From Longivirga aurantiaca (GTDB lineage Bacteria; Actinomycetota; Actinomycetes; S36-B12; CAIYMF01), in contig NZ_JBHSTI010000065.1 of assembly GCF_042660085.1 (NCBI RefSeq), forward strand, positions 1 to 15,285: a DNA stretch of 15,285 nucleotides. Direction: 5' to 3'. A program made the translations under genes and the position numbers. Positions within the stretch are counted from its first letter, which is position 1. Each line of letters begins with the position of its first letter. Shown here in pieces: positions 7,642 through 15,285 of this stretch. The notes under the pieces are model-generated. The model had not been told where the DNA came from. It did not search any database and saw nothing but the letters and a program-made list of their open reading frames with translations.

Positions 7642-9738
7642 ATGAACATCAACGCACGAGCCCGGAGGGCCGTCGGCACCATCGCCGCCGGGACCCTTCT
7701 CGTGGCAGGCCTCGCCGCAGTGTCGGCGCCGCTCGCATCCGCTGCTCCGCCGGCACCCGTTTCGGGCGCCGTGAGCACCACCATCAACGCCAACGCCGAC
7801 CTCGACGTCGCCGGTGGCGTGACCCTGGAAGACCTCTGCAAGAACGGCAACCCCGAGGTCAACTGCAACCAGTACGGCGACAAGTCGTACGTCTGGCTCT
7901 CGGGCCTGCCGGACAGCGCGGGCGTCAACGACGGAACGTACTTCTTCGCCGTGGTCGTCCCAGGGGGGCAGGGCGCGAACGCCACCGCCAACCCCAACGA
8001 CGGCACGGACAAGAACCTGTCTGACACCGTCGCCGCACCGTGGACCTCCGGCGACCTGAACGCCGACGGCACGGCCGTCGGCTCGGGCGACGCCTACACC
8101 AACCGCACCTTCACCGTGACGAACGGCGTCATCAGCTACAGCGGCTCGCACACGTTCGACGACAACAAGATCCGTCTGATGCCGTACGACGACACCACGA
8201 ACCCGGGCGGCGTCTACATCCTCGCGGTCTGCAAGATCGCCGGAGAGCTCGACACCGCCTTGGGCCTCCCGGGTGTGAACCCGTCGACGTGCAAGTACGA
8301 CGCGTTCATGGTGCGGACGGGCGACGAGGAGCGGCCGCCGGCCGCCGACCTCACCGTGGTCAAGGACGCCGAGGGCTCGTACGACACCACGTACGCGTGG
8401 GAGATCGACAAGTCCGTGGTGGGTCCCGACGAGATCAAGAAGGTCGGCGGCAACGCCACCTTCAACTACAAGGTCGAGGTCACGCACGACGACGGCACGG
8501 TCTCGGACATCAAGGTCACCGGTGAGATCACGGTGACCAACCCCAACGACGCCGCAGTCTCCGGGGTCGACATCGACGACGTCCTCAGCGACGGCACCGT
8601 CTGCACCGTGACCGGCGGAACGGACGCGACCATCCCGGGCTCTGCGGGCGGCGAGCCCGGTGAGGCGACCTTCGCGTACGAGTGCGATCTCTCCGCGCTC
8701 CCGGCCGACGATGAGCCGCTCTCGAACGTCGTCACGGTCACCTGGCCCGACCAGGACCTCGGCGATGCCGGGTACCTGCTCGGCGGCTACGCCCAGAACA
8801 TGTTCGAGGAGATCGTGTTCACCGGCACGGACGTGAACGGCTGCGTCGTGGTCGATGACTCGTTCCACCTCTCCACGGTCGCTGCTCCCGCCGGCACCGT
8901 CCTCGCCACCGTGTGCGCCGACGGCACGTCGTCCGGCGTGTCCGCGAGCAACCCGGCGGTCTCCGTCGCGTACGCGGCAGCCACCGCCACCACGCCGGGC
9001 ACGTTCACCCTCACCTACGGGCGAACCGTGCCGGTCCCGACGTACGGCTGCGTGCAGTACGACAACACCGCGACGTTCACCGCCACCGATGACGACGAGG
9101 TCACGGGTGAGGACAGCGCCTCGGTGACGGTCTGCGGGCCGATCAACACGGGCGCGAAGACGATGGGCTTCTGGCAGAACAACAACGGCCAGAGGATCGT
9201 CGCCGGCGCGGGCACCCCGTCGGGCTCCACGGTCTGCAAGCTGACGCCGTTCCTGCGCGGCTACGCGCCGTTCCAGGACCTCTCGGCAACGGCTCCGTGC
9301 GGCACCGCGGTCACCTCGCTCAACGGCGGCGTGAAGACCGACACGGTCACCAGGTACGTCTACTCGGTGATCAAGGCGGCGAACGCGAGCGGTGCGTCGA
9401 TGAACGCGATGCTCAAGGCGCAGATGCTGGCGACGGCGCTCGACGTCTACTTCTCCGACCCGGCCAACGGCAACCCGCTCGGCGCGCCGCAGGCACTCGG
9501 CGGAGTGACGATCGACCTGACGGCCATCTGCGCTGACGCGGCGGCCTGCTCGTCGTTCGAGGACGTCTCGTCGGCGTTCGGCGGCGCGACGTATGCCACC
9601 GTGAGCCAGCTGCTCGCGTACGCCGCGAGCCAGTCGAACCAGGGCGGCAGCTACTGGTACGAGAACGTGAAGTCCGTCCAGGAGCTGGCGAAGGACACGT
9701 TCGACGCGATCAACAACAACAAGGTGTTCGCTCCCTGA
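7642..9738 (+). CDS. Secreted/cell-surface protein with beta-sandwich repeat-type domains and a TMGFWQNNNGQ C-terminal region, 698 aa
   Basis: ATG preceded by GGGAAGGA; signal peptide MNINARARRAVGTIAAGTLLVAGLAAVSAPLASAAPPA; TYAWEIDKSVVG...FNYKVEVTHDDGTVSDIKVTGEITVTNPNDAAVSGVDIDDVLSDG; 14 cysteines in the mature part; no LPxTG/TM tail. Confidence 0.9.
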   Translation: MNINARARRAVGTIAAGTLLVAGLAAVSAPLASAAPPAPVSGAVSTTINANADLDVAGGVTLEDLCKNGNPEVNCNQYGDKSYVWLSGLPDSAGVNDGTYFFAVVVPGGQGANATANPNDGTDKNLSDTVAAPWTSGDLNADGTAVGSGDAYTNRTFTVTNGVISYSGSHTFDDNKIRLMPYDDTTNPGGVYILAVCKIAGELDTALGLPGVNPSTCKYDAFMVRTGDEERPPAADLTVVKDAEGSYDTTYAWEIDKSVVGPDEIKKVGGNATFNYKVEVTHDDGTVSDIKVTGEITVTNPNDAAVSGVDIDDVLSDGTVCTVTGGTDATIPGSAGGEPGEATFAYECDLSALPADDEPLSNVVTVTWPDQDLGDAGYLLGGYAQNMFEEIVFTGTDVNGCVVVDDSFHLSTVAAPAGTVLATVCADGTSSGVSASNPAVSVAYAAATATTPGTFTLTYGRTVPVPTYGCVQYDNTATFTATDDDEVTGEDSASVTVCGPINTGAKTMGFWQNNNGQRIVAGAGTPSGSTVCKLTPFLRGYAPFQDLSATAPCGTAVTSLNGGVKTDTVTRYVYSVIKAANASGASMNAMLKAQMLATALDVYFSDPANGNPLGAPQALGGVTIDLTAICADAAACSSFEDVSSAFGGATYATVSQLLAYAASQSNQGGSYWYENVKSVQELAKDTFDAINNNKVFAP

Positions 9739-9763
9739 TCGGGTGAGCACCTGAGTCGATAGC

Positions 9764-9802
9764 CGTGAAGGCCCGGATCACCTTGTGGTCCGGGCCTTCA
9801 CG
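9764..9802. terminator. Bidirectional rho-independent-like terminator between convergent genes
   Basis: CGTGAAGGCCCGGA (9764-9777)/TCCGGGCCTTCACG (9789-9802), perfect 14 bp, with inner pairs T.G, C-G, A-T, C-G around loop CTT. Confidence 0.85.
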
Positions 9803-9811
9803 CTGCTGTCG

Positions 9812-11449
9812 TCAGGGGGTCGTGACCACCAGGCTGAAGGAGCACTTGGTGCTGCCGGACACGGTGATCGCCACCTGCGCTGCGGGGACTGCCGCGCTCA
9901 TCCGCAGCACGCTCCCGCCCGTCATCGTGCCGAGGGCGTTGCCTGCCTGATCGGCAACGGTGATCACGAGGCTCGGGCAGCCGAATGTGAGCGACGTGCT
10001 CAGGTCGCCGGCGGCTGCGGCGCTGACGCGGTAGGTGAGCTTGGTCTGCTTACGGTTCAGGCTGCCCGTGAACGTCGAGGTCACGGACGTCGTCGGCGCG
10101 GGGCTGCTCGTCGGCGTCGCCGTCGGGGACGGCTCGACGGCCGTCGGCGTGGGGGACGCGGTGGCCGTCGGGGACGCGGTCGGCGTCGGGGAGGACGACG
10201 GCGACCCGCCGGTCACACCGGCCAGGGCGTCCAGGGCGTCGATGCGGCCGAAGTCCGCCTGCCCGCTGACCGGGTCGGCGCCGACGACGACGGCCGCCTC
10301 GAGCTGCGTGCCCGTCAGGGCCGGCTGTCCCGTCAGGAGCAGTCCCGCGACGCCTGCCACGAACGGCGCTGCCAGCGACGTCCCGCCGACGGTCGAGTAG
10401 CTGCTGAGCGTCGTCGTCGGAAGCCCTGCCGGGGCGGCGACGTCGACCCAGGAGCCGAAGCTGGAGTAGCCCTGCAACGGGTCGCCGGTGAGGTTCGAGG
10501 TCGCCGCGACGGCGACCACTCCGGCGAAGCCTGCGGGGTACGTGATGGCGCTGGACCCGAAGTTGCCTGCCGCCGCGACGACCAGGGCCCCCTTGCTCCT
10601 GGCGTACGCCACGGCGTGCCCGAGCGTCGTGGAGGTGGCCGTACCCGCGAAGCTCACGTTGATGATGCGTGCGCCGTTGTCCGCAGCCCAGGTGATCCCG
10701 GACGCGAGCGAGCTGTCCGATGCCGAGCCGCCGTTCGTGACCTTCACAGGCAGGATGCGGCAGCCGCCGCAGACGCCGATGACGCCGATGCCGTTGTCCG
10801 GCTTCGCGGCTATCAGCCCTGCGATGTATGTGCCGTGGCCGTCCGTGTCGACCGTGTCGGTTCCGCCCGTCAGCACGTTGCGACCCACGAGCACCTGCCC
10901 GGCCAGGTCGGTGTGGGACGCCGCGACGCCGCTGTCGACGACGGCGATCTTCACCGTGGCGCTGCCGTAGCCCACGCTCGTCCAGACCTGATCCGTGCGC
11001 GTGCGCCAGAGCCCCCACTCACCGCCTGCGATCGGTCCGGTCTTGGGGTAGTAGGGATCGTTCGGGGTCGTGGTGGCCTCGCGCTGGGTGTCCGCCTCGA
11101 TGTAGGAGATGCCCCGCGCCCGAAGGAGCCCACGGCTTGCACCGGGCGGAAGCGTGGCTGCGGCGGCGTCGATGTTGTCGTACACCTTCAAGACGCGTCC
11201 GCCCGCCCCCTCGATCGCCCGGATCGCGCCGGGCGCGGAGCCGTCGTCGAAGCCGACGATGACGCGGCCGGACACCTCAACCCCCGCGTCGGCCATGGGA
11301 AGGACGGCGAGCGACCCGGCGGCCATCAGTCCGAGCGAAGCGACACCGGCGACGACACGGGTGGACGCGCGGCGGGCCGGTTCGGGGCGTGCGTGGTTCA
11401 CCGACCGGGTCCTTGCGTGCGAACCGCTGAACTGCTGGGTGTGCTTCAT
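9812..11449 (-). CDS. Secreted S8 (subtilisin-like) serine peptidase with I9-like propeptide and Pro/Thr/Ser linker plus C-terminal domain, 545 aa
   Basis: Catalytic D in AVVDSGV, H in DGHGTYIAGLIA, oxyanion N in AAAGNFGSS, S in GGTSLAAPFVAG; propeptide GRVIVGFDDGS...ISYIEAD; ATG 11449 (MKHTQQFSG) preceded by GGAGGT, so preferred over the track start at 11569. Confidence 0.93.
   Translation of the reverse strand: MKHTQQFSGSHARTRSVNHARPEPARRASTRVVAGVASLGLMAAGSLAVLPMADAGVEVSGRVIVGFDDGSAPGAIRAIEGAGGRVLKVYDNIDAAAATLPPGASRGLLRARGISYIEADTQREATTTPNDPYYPKTGPIAGGEWGLWRTRTDQVWTSVGYGSATVKIAVVDSGVAASHTDLAGQVLVGRNVLTGGTDTVDTDGHGTYIAGLIAAKPDNGIGVIGVCGGCRILPVKVTNGGSASDSSLASGITWAADNGARIINVSFAGTATSTTLGHAVAYARSKGALVVAAAGNFGSSAITYPAGFAGVVAVAATSNLTGDPLQGYSSFGSWVDVAAPAGLPTTTLSSYSTVGGTSLAAPFVAGVAGLLLTGQPALTGTQLEAAVVVGADPVSGQADFGRIDALDALAGVTGGSPSSSPTPTASPTATASPTPTAVEPSPTATPTSSPAPTTSVTSTFTGSLNRKQTKLTYRVSAAAAGDLSTSLTFGCPSLVITVADQAGNALGTMTGGSVLRMSAAVPAAQVAITVSGSTKCSFSLVVTTP
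10085..10205. repeat. Low-complexity tandem DNA encoding Pro/Thr/Ser-rich interdomain linker of the S8 peptidase
   Basis: Repeated gccgtcggggac/gcgtcgggg units translate on the minus strand to SPTPTASPTATASPTPTAVEPSPTATPTSSPAPTTS. Confidence 0.75.
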
Positions 11450-11728
11450 CTCGACCTCCGTGCGGGACGTCGTCGGCGCGAGAGGAGCACCGTCGCCCGC
11501 TGCGACTGCCGTAGGAATCGGCTGCTCGCACTCTGTGTCTTGAACGGCAGGAGAGGGTCGCGGCTCCATGAGCCGACCGGGTGCTGTGGCGTGACCGGGT
11601 GCGACATCACCCGTTCGGGCCAGGCATCGGGGCGGTCTGGTCAGGACGATCGAGACACATCGGACAAGGGCCAGGCCGCCCGCGCAGACGCTGCTCGCCG
11701 TGGCGTGGCCGACGCTACGTGCGTCGAC

Positions 11729-11746
11729 TGCGGGCGGTCACCCGCA
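11729..11746 (-). terminator. Weak candidate terminator hairpin downstream of the 129-aa membrane protein gene
   Basis: TGCGGG (11729-11734)/CCCGCA (11741-11746), 6-nt loop. Confidence 0.35.
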
Positions 11747-11784
11747 AGGCCCAGCCGGGGCTCAGGGGAGAGCCGGGCGAGGCG

Positions 11785-12174
11785 TCAGACGACCCAGCCG
11801 TCGGGCAGGAACGGATCGGCCCAGGCGCCGGCGGTCGCGACCGCGACCGCGAGGAGGGCACACGCCGCCCCGATCACCACCAGGCGCACGGCGCGGCGGC
11901 CCTGCCCTCGGGCAAGCGTCACCCAGGAGGCCACGAGGAGCGCGAGCGCCACGACGACCATCGCGAGCAGGGCCCACAGCTGCCGCATCCCCCAGCCCGG
12001 TCGGCACCACGCGGTCAGCCCCACGTCGCAGGACGCGCCCCTGGAGAACGCGGCGCTGAACCAGACGAGCAGGTACGCCGGGAGCAGCAGGAGGACGAGC
12101 CCGGCGACGGTCAGCAGCACGACGGCCACGATCGACGTCGTCGAGGCGCCGTGCGGCTCCGTGGCGGTGCTCAT
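11785..12174 (-). CDS. Small integral membrane protein, 129 aa
   Basis: ATG at 12174; about three hydrophobic segments (IVAVVLLTVAGLVLLLLPAYLLVWF; LLAMVVVALALLVASWV; LVVIGAACALLAVAVATAGAW). Confidence 0.7.
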   Translation of the reverse strand: MSTATEPHGASTTSIVAVVLLTVAGLVLLLLPAYLLVWFSAAFSRGASCDVGLTAWCRPGWGMRQLWALLAMVVVALALLVASWVTLARGQGRRAVRLVVIGAACALLAVAVATAGAWADPFLPDGWVV

Positions 12175-12232
12175 GCGCCGACGGTAGGACTGAGCGCGCG
12201 GCCGGCGCCGGCAGCGCGGCCGGATCGAGATC

Positions 12233-12260
12233 GATGTCCGATGCCCGATGTCCGATGCCC
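12233..12260. repeat. Heptad tandem array (GATGTCC GATGCCC)x2
   Basis: 12233-12246 and 12247-12260 are identical 14-mers GATGTCCGATGCCC, each two GATGYCC heptads, in the divergent intergenic region. Confidence 0.8.
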
Positions 12261-12316
12261 GGAGAGTTGTCCGTTCGGGGGTGGGCAGCGGCCGCCAGCG
12301 GTGCCACCCTCACGGG

Positions 12317-13156
12317 ATGAGCCCTGACGAGATCGGCACCGAGCACGCCCGTCAGGTCGGCCGGTTGTTCGACGCACTGTCGGCCACCTACGACGCCGTC
12401 GGCGTCGACTTCTTCGGCCCGATCGCCGCGGGCCTGCTCGCCGCGCTACCGCCGGCGCCCGGCGAGCACTGGCTCGACATCGGGGTCGGCCGCGGCGCGG
12501 TGCTGCTGCCTGCGGCCGACGTGATCGGCCAGGACGGCCGCGCTGTCGGCACCGACATCTCCTCCGGGATGCTCGACGTGTGCCGCGACGTGGCCGAGGC
12601 CCGCGGTCTGCCGTTCGTGGAGCTCGTGCAGGACGACGCGCAGACCCCCGCCGTGCACGGGCCGTTCGACACCGTCTCGTCCTCGCTCGTGCTGTTCTTC
12701 CTCACCGATCCGCAGTCGGCGCTGCAGGCGTGGCTCGGGCTGCTGCGTCCCGGCGGCCGGCTCGGCGTGACGACGTTCGGTGCGAACGATCCCCGCTGGG
12801 ACGCCGTCGACGAGGTGTTCACGCCGTACCTCCCGCCCGACCTGCGCGATGCTCGGACGAGCGGTGCGGCCGGCCCGTTCGGATCGGATGCAGGGATGGA
12901 GGCCCTGGTGGCCGCAGCGGGCTTCACCGACGTGCGCACGGTGACCGGTGCCGTCGAGGTGCGGTTCGCCGACGCTGACCAGTGGCACGCTTTCACCTGG
13001 TCGGTCGGCCAGCGGCGGATGTGGATGGGCGTGCCCGAGGATGAGCGCGCCGCCGTGCGCGCCGAGGCCTACGCGCGGCTCGCGTCGTACGCCGACGCGG
13101 ACGGGTCGGTCACGTTCGTCCAAGGTGTGCGGCACACGCTCGCCCTGCGGCCCTGA
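12317..13156 (+). CDS. Class I SAM-dependent methyltransferase, 279 aa
   Basis: Motif I HWLDIGVGRGAVLLPAA, GTDISSGMLDVCRDVA, LRPGGRLGVTTFG; start MSPDEIGTEHARQVG chosen over track start at 12248, which lies in the heptad repeat. Confidence 0.88.
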   Translation: MSPDEIGTEHARQVGRLFDALSATYDAVGVDFFGPIAAGLLAALPPAPGEHWLDIGVGRGAVLLPAADVIGQDGRAVGTDISSGMLDVCRDVAEARGLPFVELVQDDAQTPAVHGPFDTVSSSLVLFFLTDPQSALQAWLGLLRPGGRLGVTTFGANDPRWDAVDEVFTPYLPPDLRDARTSGAAGPFGSDAGMEALVAAAGFTDVRTVTGAVEVRFADADQWHAFTWSVGQRRMWMGVPEDERAAVRAEAYARLASYADADGSVTFVQGVRHTLALRP

Positions 13157-13162
13157 CGACGG

Positions 13163-13771
13163 TCAGGAGCTGCGGCGCTTGGCCTTGGTGATCCGGGTGG
13201 CGACGAACATGTCGACGGCGTCGTCGGTGAGGCGCCGCCACCGGTTGCCGCCCGGGTCGTTGCTGATCTGCTGCGAGGCGAGGCCGGTGAGCAGCGCCGT
13301 CCAGAGGTCCAGTTCCTTCTGCCGGGAGGCGCCGGCCGCGGCCAGCACCTCCCGCGACCGGTCCAGCATCGCGACCGCCCCGGCGTACGACGTGGGCGAC
13401 GGCTCGAAGCCGGGGATCGTGCGCAGGAAGAGCAGCTGGTAGCGCGCGGCGTCGGCGGCGCAGAAGTCGACGAAGAAGTGCGCGACGCGACGCAGCAGGT
13501 CGAGCGGTGGGCCGGTCCCGTCGACCCGGTCGGCGGCCTCGGCCATCTGCCGGTAGCCGTCGGCGAAGAGCGCGTCGTAGAGGTCGTTCTTGCTGGCGAA
13601 GTAGACGTAGAGCGACGGCGCGCGCATCCCGACGCCGGCCGCGACGTCCCCCAGCGTCCAGCCGGTCAAGCCGCGCTCGGCGGCGAGCCGCCAGGCGACC
13701 TCGAGCACCTCGCGCCGCGTCGTCTGGTGACGCTCGGCCTTGCGGTCCCGTGCTGTGCTCGCCCCTTCCAC
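13163..13771 (-). CDS. TetR-family transcriptional regulator, 202 aa
   Basis: N-terminal HTH TRREVLEVAWRLAAERGLTGWTLGDVAAGVGMRAPSLYVYFASKNDLYDALFADGY; GTG start at 13771. Confidence 0.93.
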   Translation of the reverse strand: MEGASTARDRKAERHQTTRREVLEVAWRLAAERGLTGWTLGDVAAGVGMRAPSLYVYFASKNDLYDALFADGYRQMAEAADRVDGTGPPLDLLRRVAHFFVDFCAADAARYQLLFLRTIPGFEPSPTSYAGAVAMLDRSREVLAAAGASRQKELDLWTALLTGLASQQISNDPGGNRWRRLTDDAVDMFVATRITKAKRRSS

Positions 13772-13785
13772 CTAACGATCGTAGG
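13771..13785. promoter_or_regulatory. Operator-like site 1, CCTAACGATCGTAGG
   Basis: Shares CCTAACG half-site and terminal TAGG with site 2; overlaps the inferred -10 and start codon of tetR. Confidence 0.55.
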
Positions 13786-13807
13786 CAAACCTCTTGACGT
13801 GAGGCAA
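13778..13807 (-). promoter_or_regulatory. Candidate tetR promoter, TTGCCT-N18-TACGAT on the minus strand
   Basis: Minus-strand -35-like TTGCCT (13807-13802), 18-nt spacer, -10-like TACGAT (13783-13778). Confidence 0.4.
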
Positions 13808-13819
13808 TGGGGAGATCAC

Positions 13820-13834
13820 CCTAACGTCGTTAGG
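13820..13834. promoter_or_regulatory. Operator-like site 2, perfect dyad CCTAACG-T-CGTTAGG
   Basis: Perfect 7-bp inverted arms with 1-nt centre in the tetR divergent intergenic region, 30 nt upstream of the ATG at 13864. Confidence 0.65.
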
Positions 13835-13863
13835 AAGTACCGATCGGTCCCCGGGAGGGCACG

Positions 13864-14601
13864 ATGAGCACGACGACCAGCGAGGTGGCGGCCGTGGACC
13901 ACGACACGTGGATGGATCTGGCGACGACGGAGTATGCGCGCCTGGTCGCCCTGCTGCGCGACCTCGCGCCCGCGGACTGGGCGCGCCCGACCGACTGCAC
14001 CGAGTGGGACGTGCGCGCGATGGTCGCGCACCTCGTGGGGGCGGCCGAGGGCAACGCGCGCATCCGCGAGTCGGTGCGGCAGGCGGTCGTCGGACGCCGG
14101 CGCTTCCCGCGGGAGGTGCTCGTCGACTCCATCAACTGCGTGCAGGTGGCCGACCGCGCCGACCGTGCCGCGGCCGAGCTCGTCGCCGACCTCGAAGACG
14201 CCGGCAGACGCGGGGTCGCGGCCCGCCGTCGGATCCCCGGCTTCGTGCGCGCGGTCGTCGTGCCGATGGGGCCGCCCCTCGGCACCAAGCCGGTCGGCTA
14301 TCTCATGGACCGCATCTACACGCGGGACGCCTGGATGCACCGGATCGACATCGCGCGGGCGACCGGGCGCGACCCGGTAGTCACAGCCGACCACGACGGC
14401 GTTCTCGTGGCCGACCTCGTGGCCGAGTGGGCCACGCTGCACGACGAGCCGTTCGACCTCGTGCTGACGGGCCCGGCGGGACTCCGCCGCTCCCGCGGCG
14501 CGGACGGCGCGCGCCTCGAGCTCGACGCGGTCGAGTTCGCCCGGTGCGCGGCCGGTCGCGCGCCCGCTGCGGGGCTGCTCGGCGTCGCCGTCCCGTTCTG
14601 A
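13864..14601 (+). CDS. Maleylpyruvate isomerase N-terminal/DinB-like (mycothiol-dependent-type) protein, 245 aa
   Basis: MDLATTEYARLVALLRDLAPADWARPTDCTEWDVRAMVAHLVGAAEG with GYLMDRIYTRDAWMHRIDIARATGR, typical of the TIGR03083/MDMPI_N group; GGGAGGG SD. Confidence 0.82.
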   Translation: MSTTTSEVAAVDHDTWMDLATTEYARLVALLRDLAPADWARPTDCTEWDVRAMVAHLVGAAEGNARIRESVRQAVVGRRRFPREVLVDSINCVQVADRADRAAAELVADLEDAGRRGVAARRRIPGFVRAVVVPMGPPLGTKPVGYLMDRIYTRDAWMHRIDIARATGRDPVVTADHDGVLVADLVAEWATLHDEPFDLVLTGPAGLRRSRGADGARLELDAVEFARCAAGRAPAAGLLGVAVPF

Positions 14602-14887
14602 GAGGTTCGGCGCCGGCTCGACTCCGGGCTGCTGCCAGGCGTAGCGTCGAGGCGCATCCGAGGCCGGGGGGTCGAGATGACGAGCGTTGTCGCTGGTCCG
14701 GCGTACTGCCGTGGCCCCGCCGCCCACGCCCCCCGATCCGGGTACTGGGGGCGATGCGACCGCCTTCGATCAGGTGCTCGCTGAGCCCGCGCCCCGTCGG
14801 TGCCCCGGCCGGCCGCCTTACCGGCCCCGGCACTCCCTTCCCGCAGTGATCGCGCGCCCGCGCGGCGCGCCAGGACGAGGAGCCACC

Positions 14888-15277
14888 ATGCCCCAGATGA
14901 AGATCCAGCACGTGGCGCTGAGCGTCACCGACATCACCAAGAGCGGCCCCTGGTACGAGGAGCTGTTCGGCTTCGCGAAGGTCGCCGAGTTCGCGGAGCC
15001 TGCGCCGATGGCGATCTACATGACGCCCGAGGGCCAGGCGCTCGACCTCCGGCAGGACCCCGACGTCGCGCACGAACGCTTCACCGAGAAGCGGGTCGGT
15101 CTCGACCACCTCGCCTTCGTGTGCGCCGACAAGGCAGAGCTCGATGAGTGGACGGCGCGGATCGCGGAGCTCGGGATCGAGAACACCGGCCCCGAGGTGT
15201 CGCCGTTCGGCACGCACCTGAACTTCCGCGACCCTGACGGCATCCCGCTGGAGTTCTTCCTCCCCGCCTCCGCCTGA
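14888..15277 (+). CDS. VOC-family (glyoxalase/bleomycin resistance/dioxygenase superfamily) protein, 129 aa
   Basis: IQHVALSVTDITKSGPWYEELFGF, VGLDHLAFVC, THLNFRDPDGIPLEFF; ATG 14888 with GAGGAG SD, preferred over the track start at 14687. Confidence 0.9.
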   Translation: MPQMKIQHVALSVTDITKSGPWYEELFGFAKVAEFAEPAPMAIYMTPEGQALDLRQDPDVAHERFTEKRVGLDHLAFVCADKAELDEWTARIAELGIENTGPEVSPFGTHLNFRDPDGIPLEFFLPASA

Positions 15278-15285
15278 CCGGGAAC

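Noticed and set aside
7519-9750. 743-aa minus-strand ORF opposite the secreted protein
   Set aside because: Antisense frame of Val/Arg/His-rich composition; the plus strand has signal peptide, SD and coherent domains.
10085-10205. CRISPR-like repeats
   Set aside because: Irregular short units without conserved spacers; they encode a Pro/Thr/Ser linker.
11676-11737. CCGCCCGC/GCGGGCGG dyad as a terminator
   Set aside because: Loop of 46 nt and pure GC composition; expected frequently by chance in such DNA.
9785-12187. 800-aa plus-strand ORF opposite the S8 peptidase
   Set aside because: Low-complexity, Arg/Gly/Ala/His-rich frame typical of GC-rich antisense shadows; the minus strand encodes a complete subtilase with catalytic residues.
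14381-15217. 278-aa minus-strand ORF over the VOC gene
   Set aside because: Shadow of two supported plus-strand genes.

Overview
High-GC actinobacterial-type chromosomal window with ordinary gene density. Supported coding content, left to right: acyl-CoA dehydrogenase (-), a two-gene ABC exporter operon (-), RsgA GTPase (+), a DJ-1/PfpI-AraC (GlxA-like) regulator (-) divergent from a 56-aa CxxC membrane miniprotein (+), a 698-aa cysteine-rich secreted repeat-type protein (+) convergent with a secreted S8 subtilase (-), a small 3-TM membrane protein (-) divergent from a class I SAM methyltransferase (+), a TetR regulator (-) divergent from a maleylpyruvate-isomerase-like/DinB-type protein (+), and a VOC/glyoxalase protein (+). 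I see no CRISPR array, transposase, phage gene, rRNA, tRNA or recognisable defence cassette. The more interesting signals are non-coding: a structured leader upstream of the 698-aa secreted protein, a 62-nt near-perfect dyad downstream of the ABC permease, tandem TACC-N4-GGTA operators upstream of the acyl-CoA dehydrogenase, paired CCTAACG operators with an apparently leaderless tetR start, an SD-equipped 15-codon ORF upstream of rsgA, a potentially switching convergent hairpin after rsgA, and a (GATGYCC)4 heptad array. I did not find convincing evidence for a wholly new multi-gene system. All repeats and dyads were found by eye and need computational confirmation.
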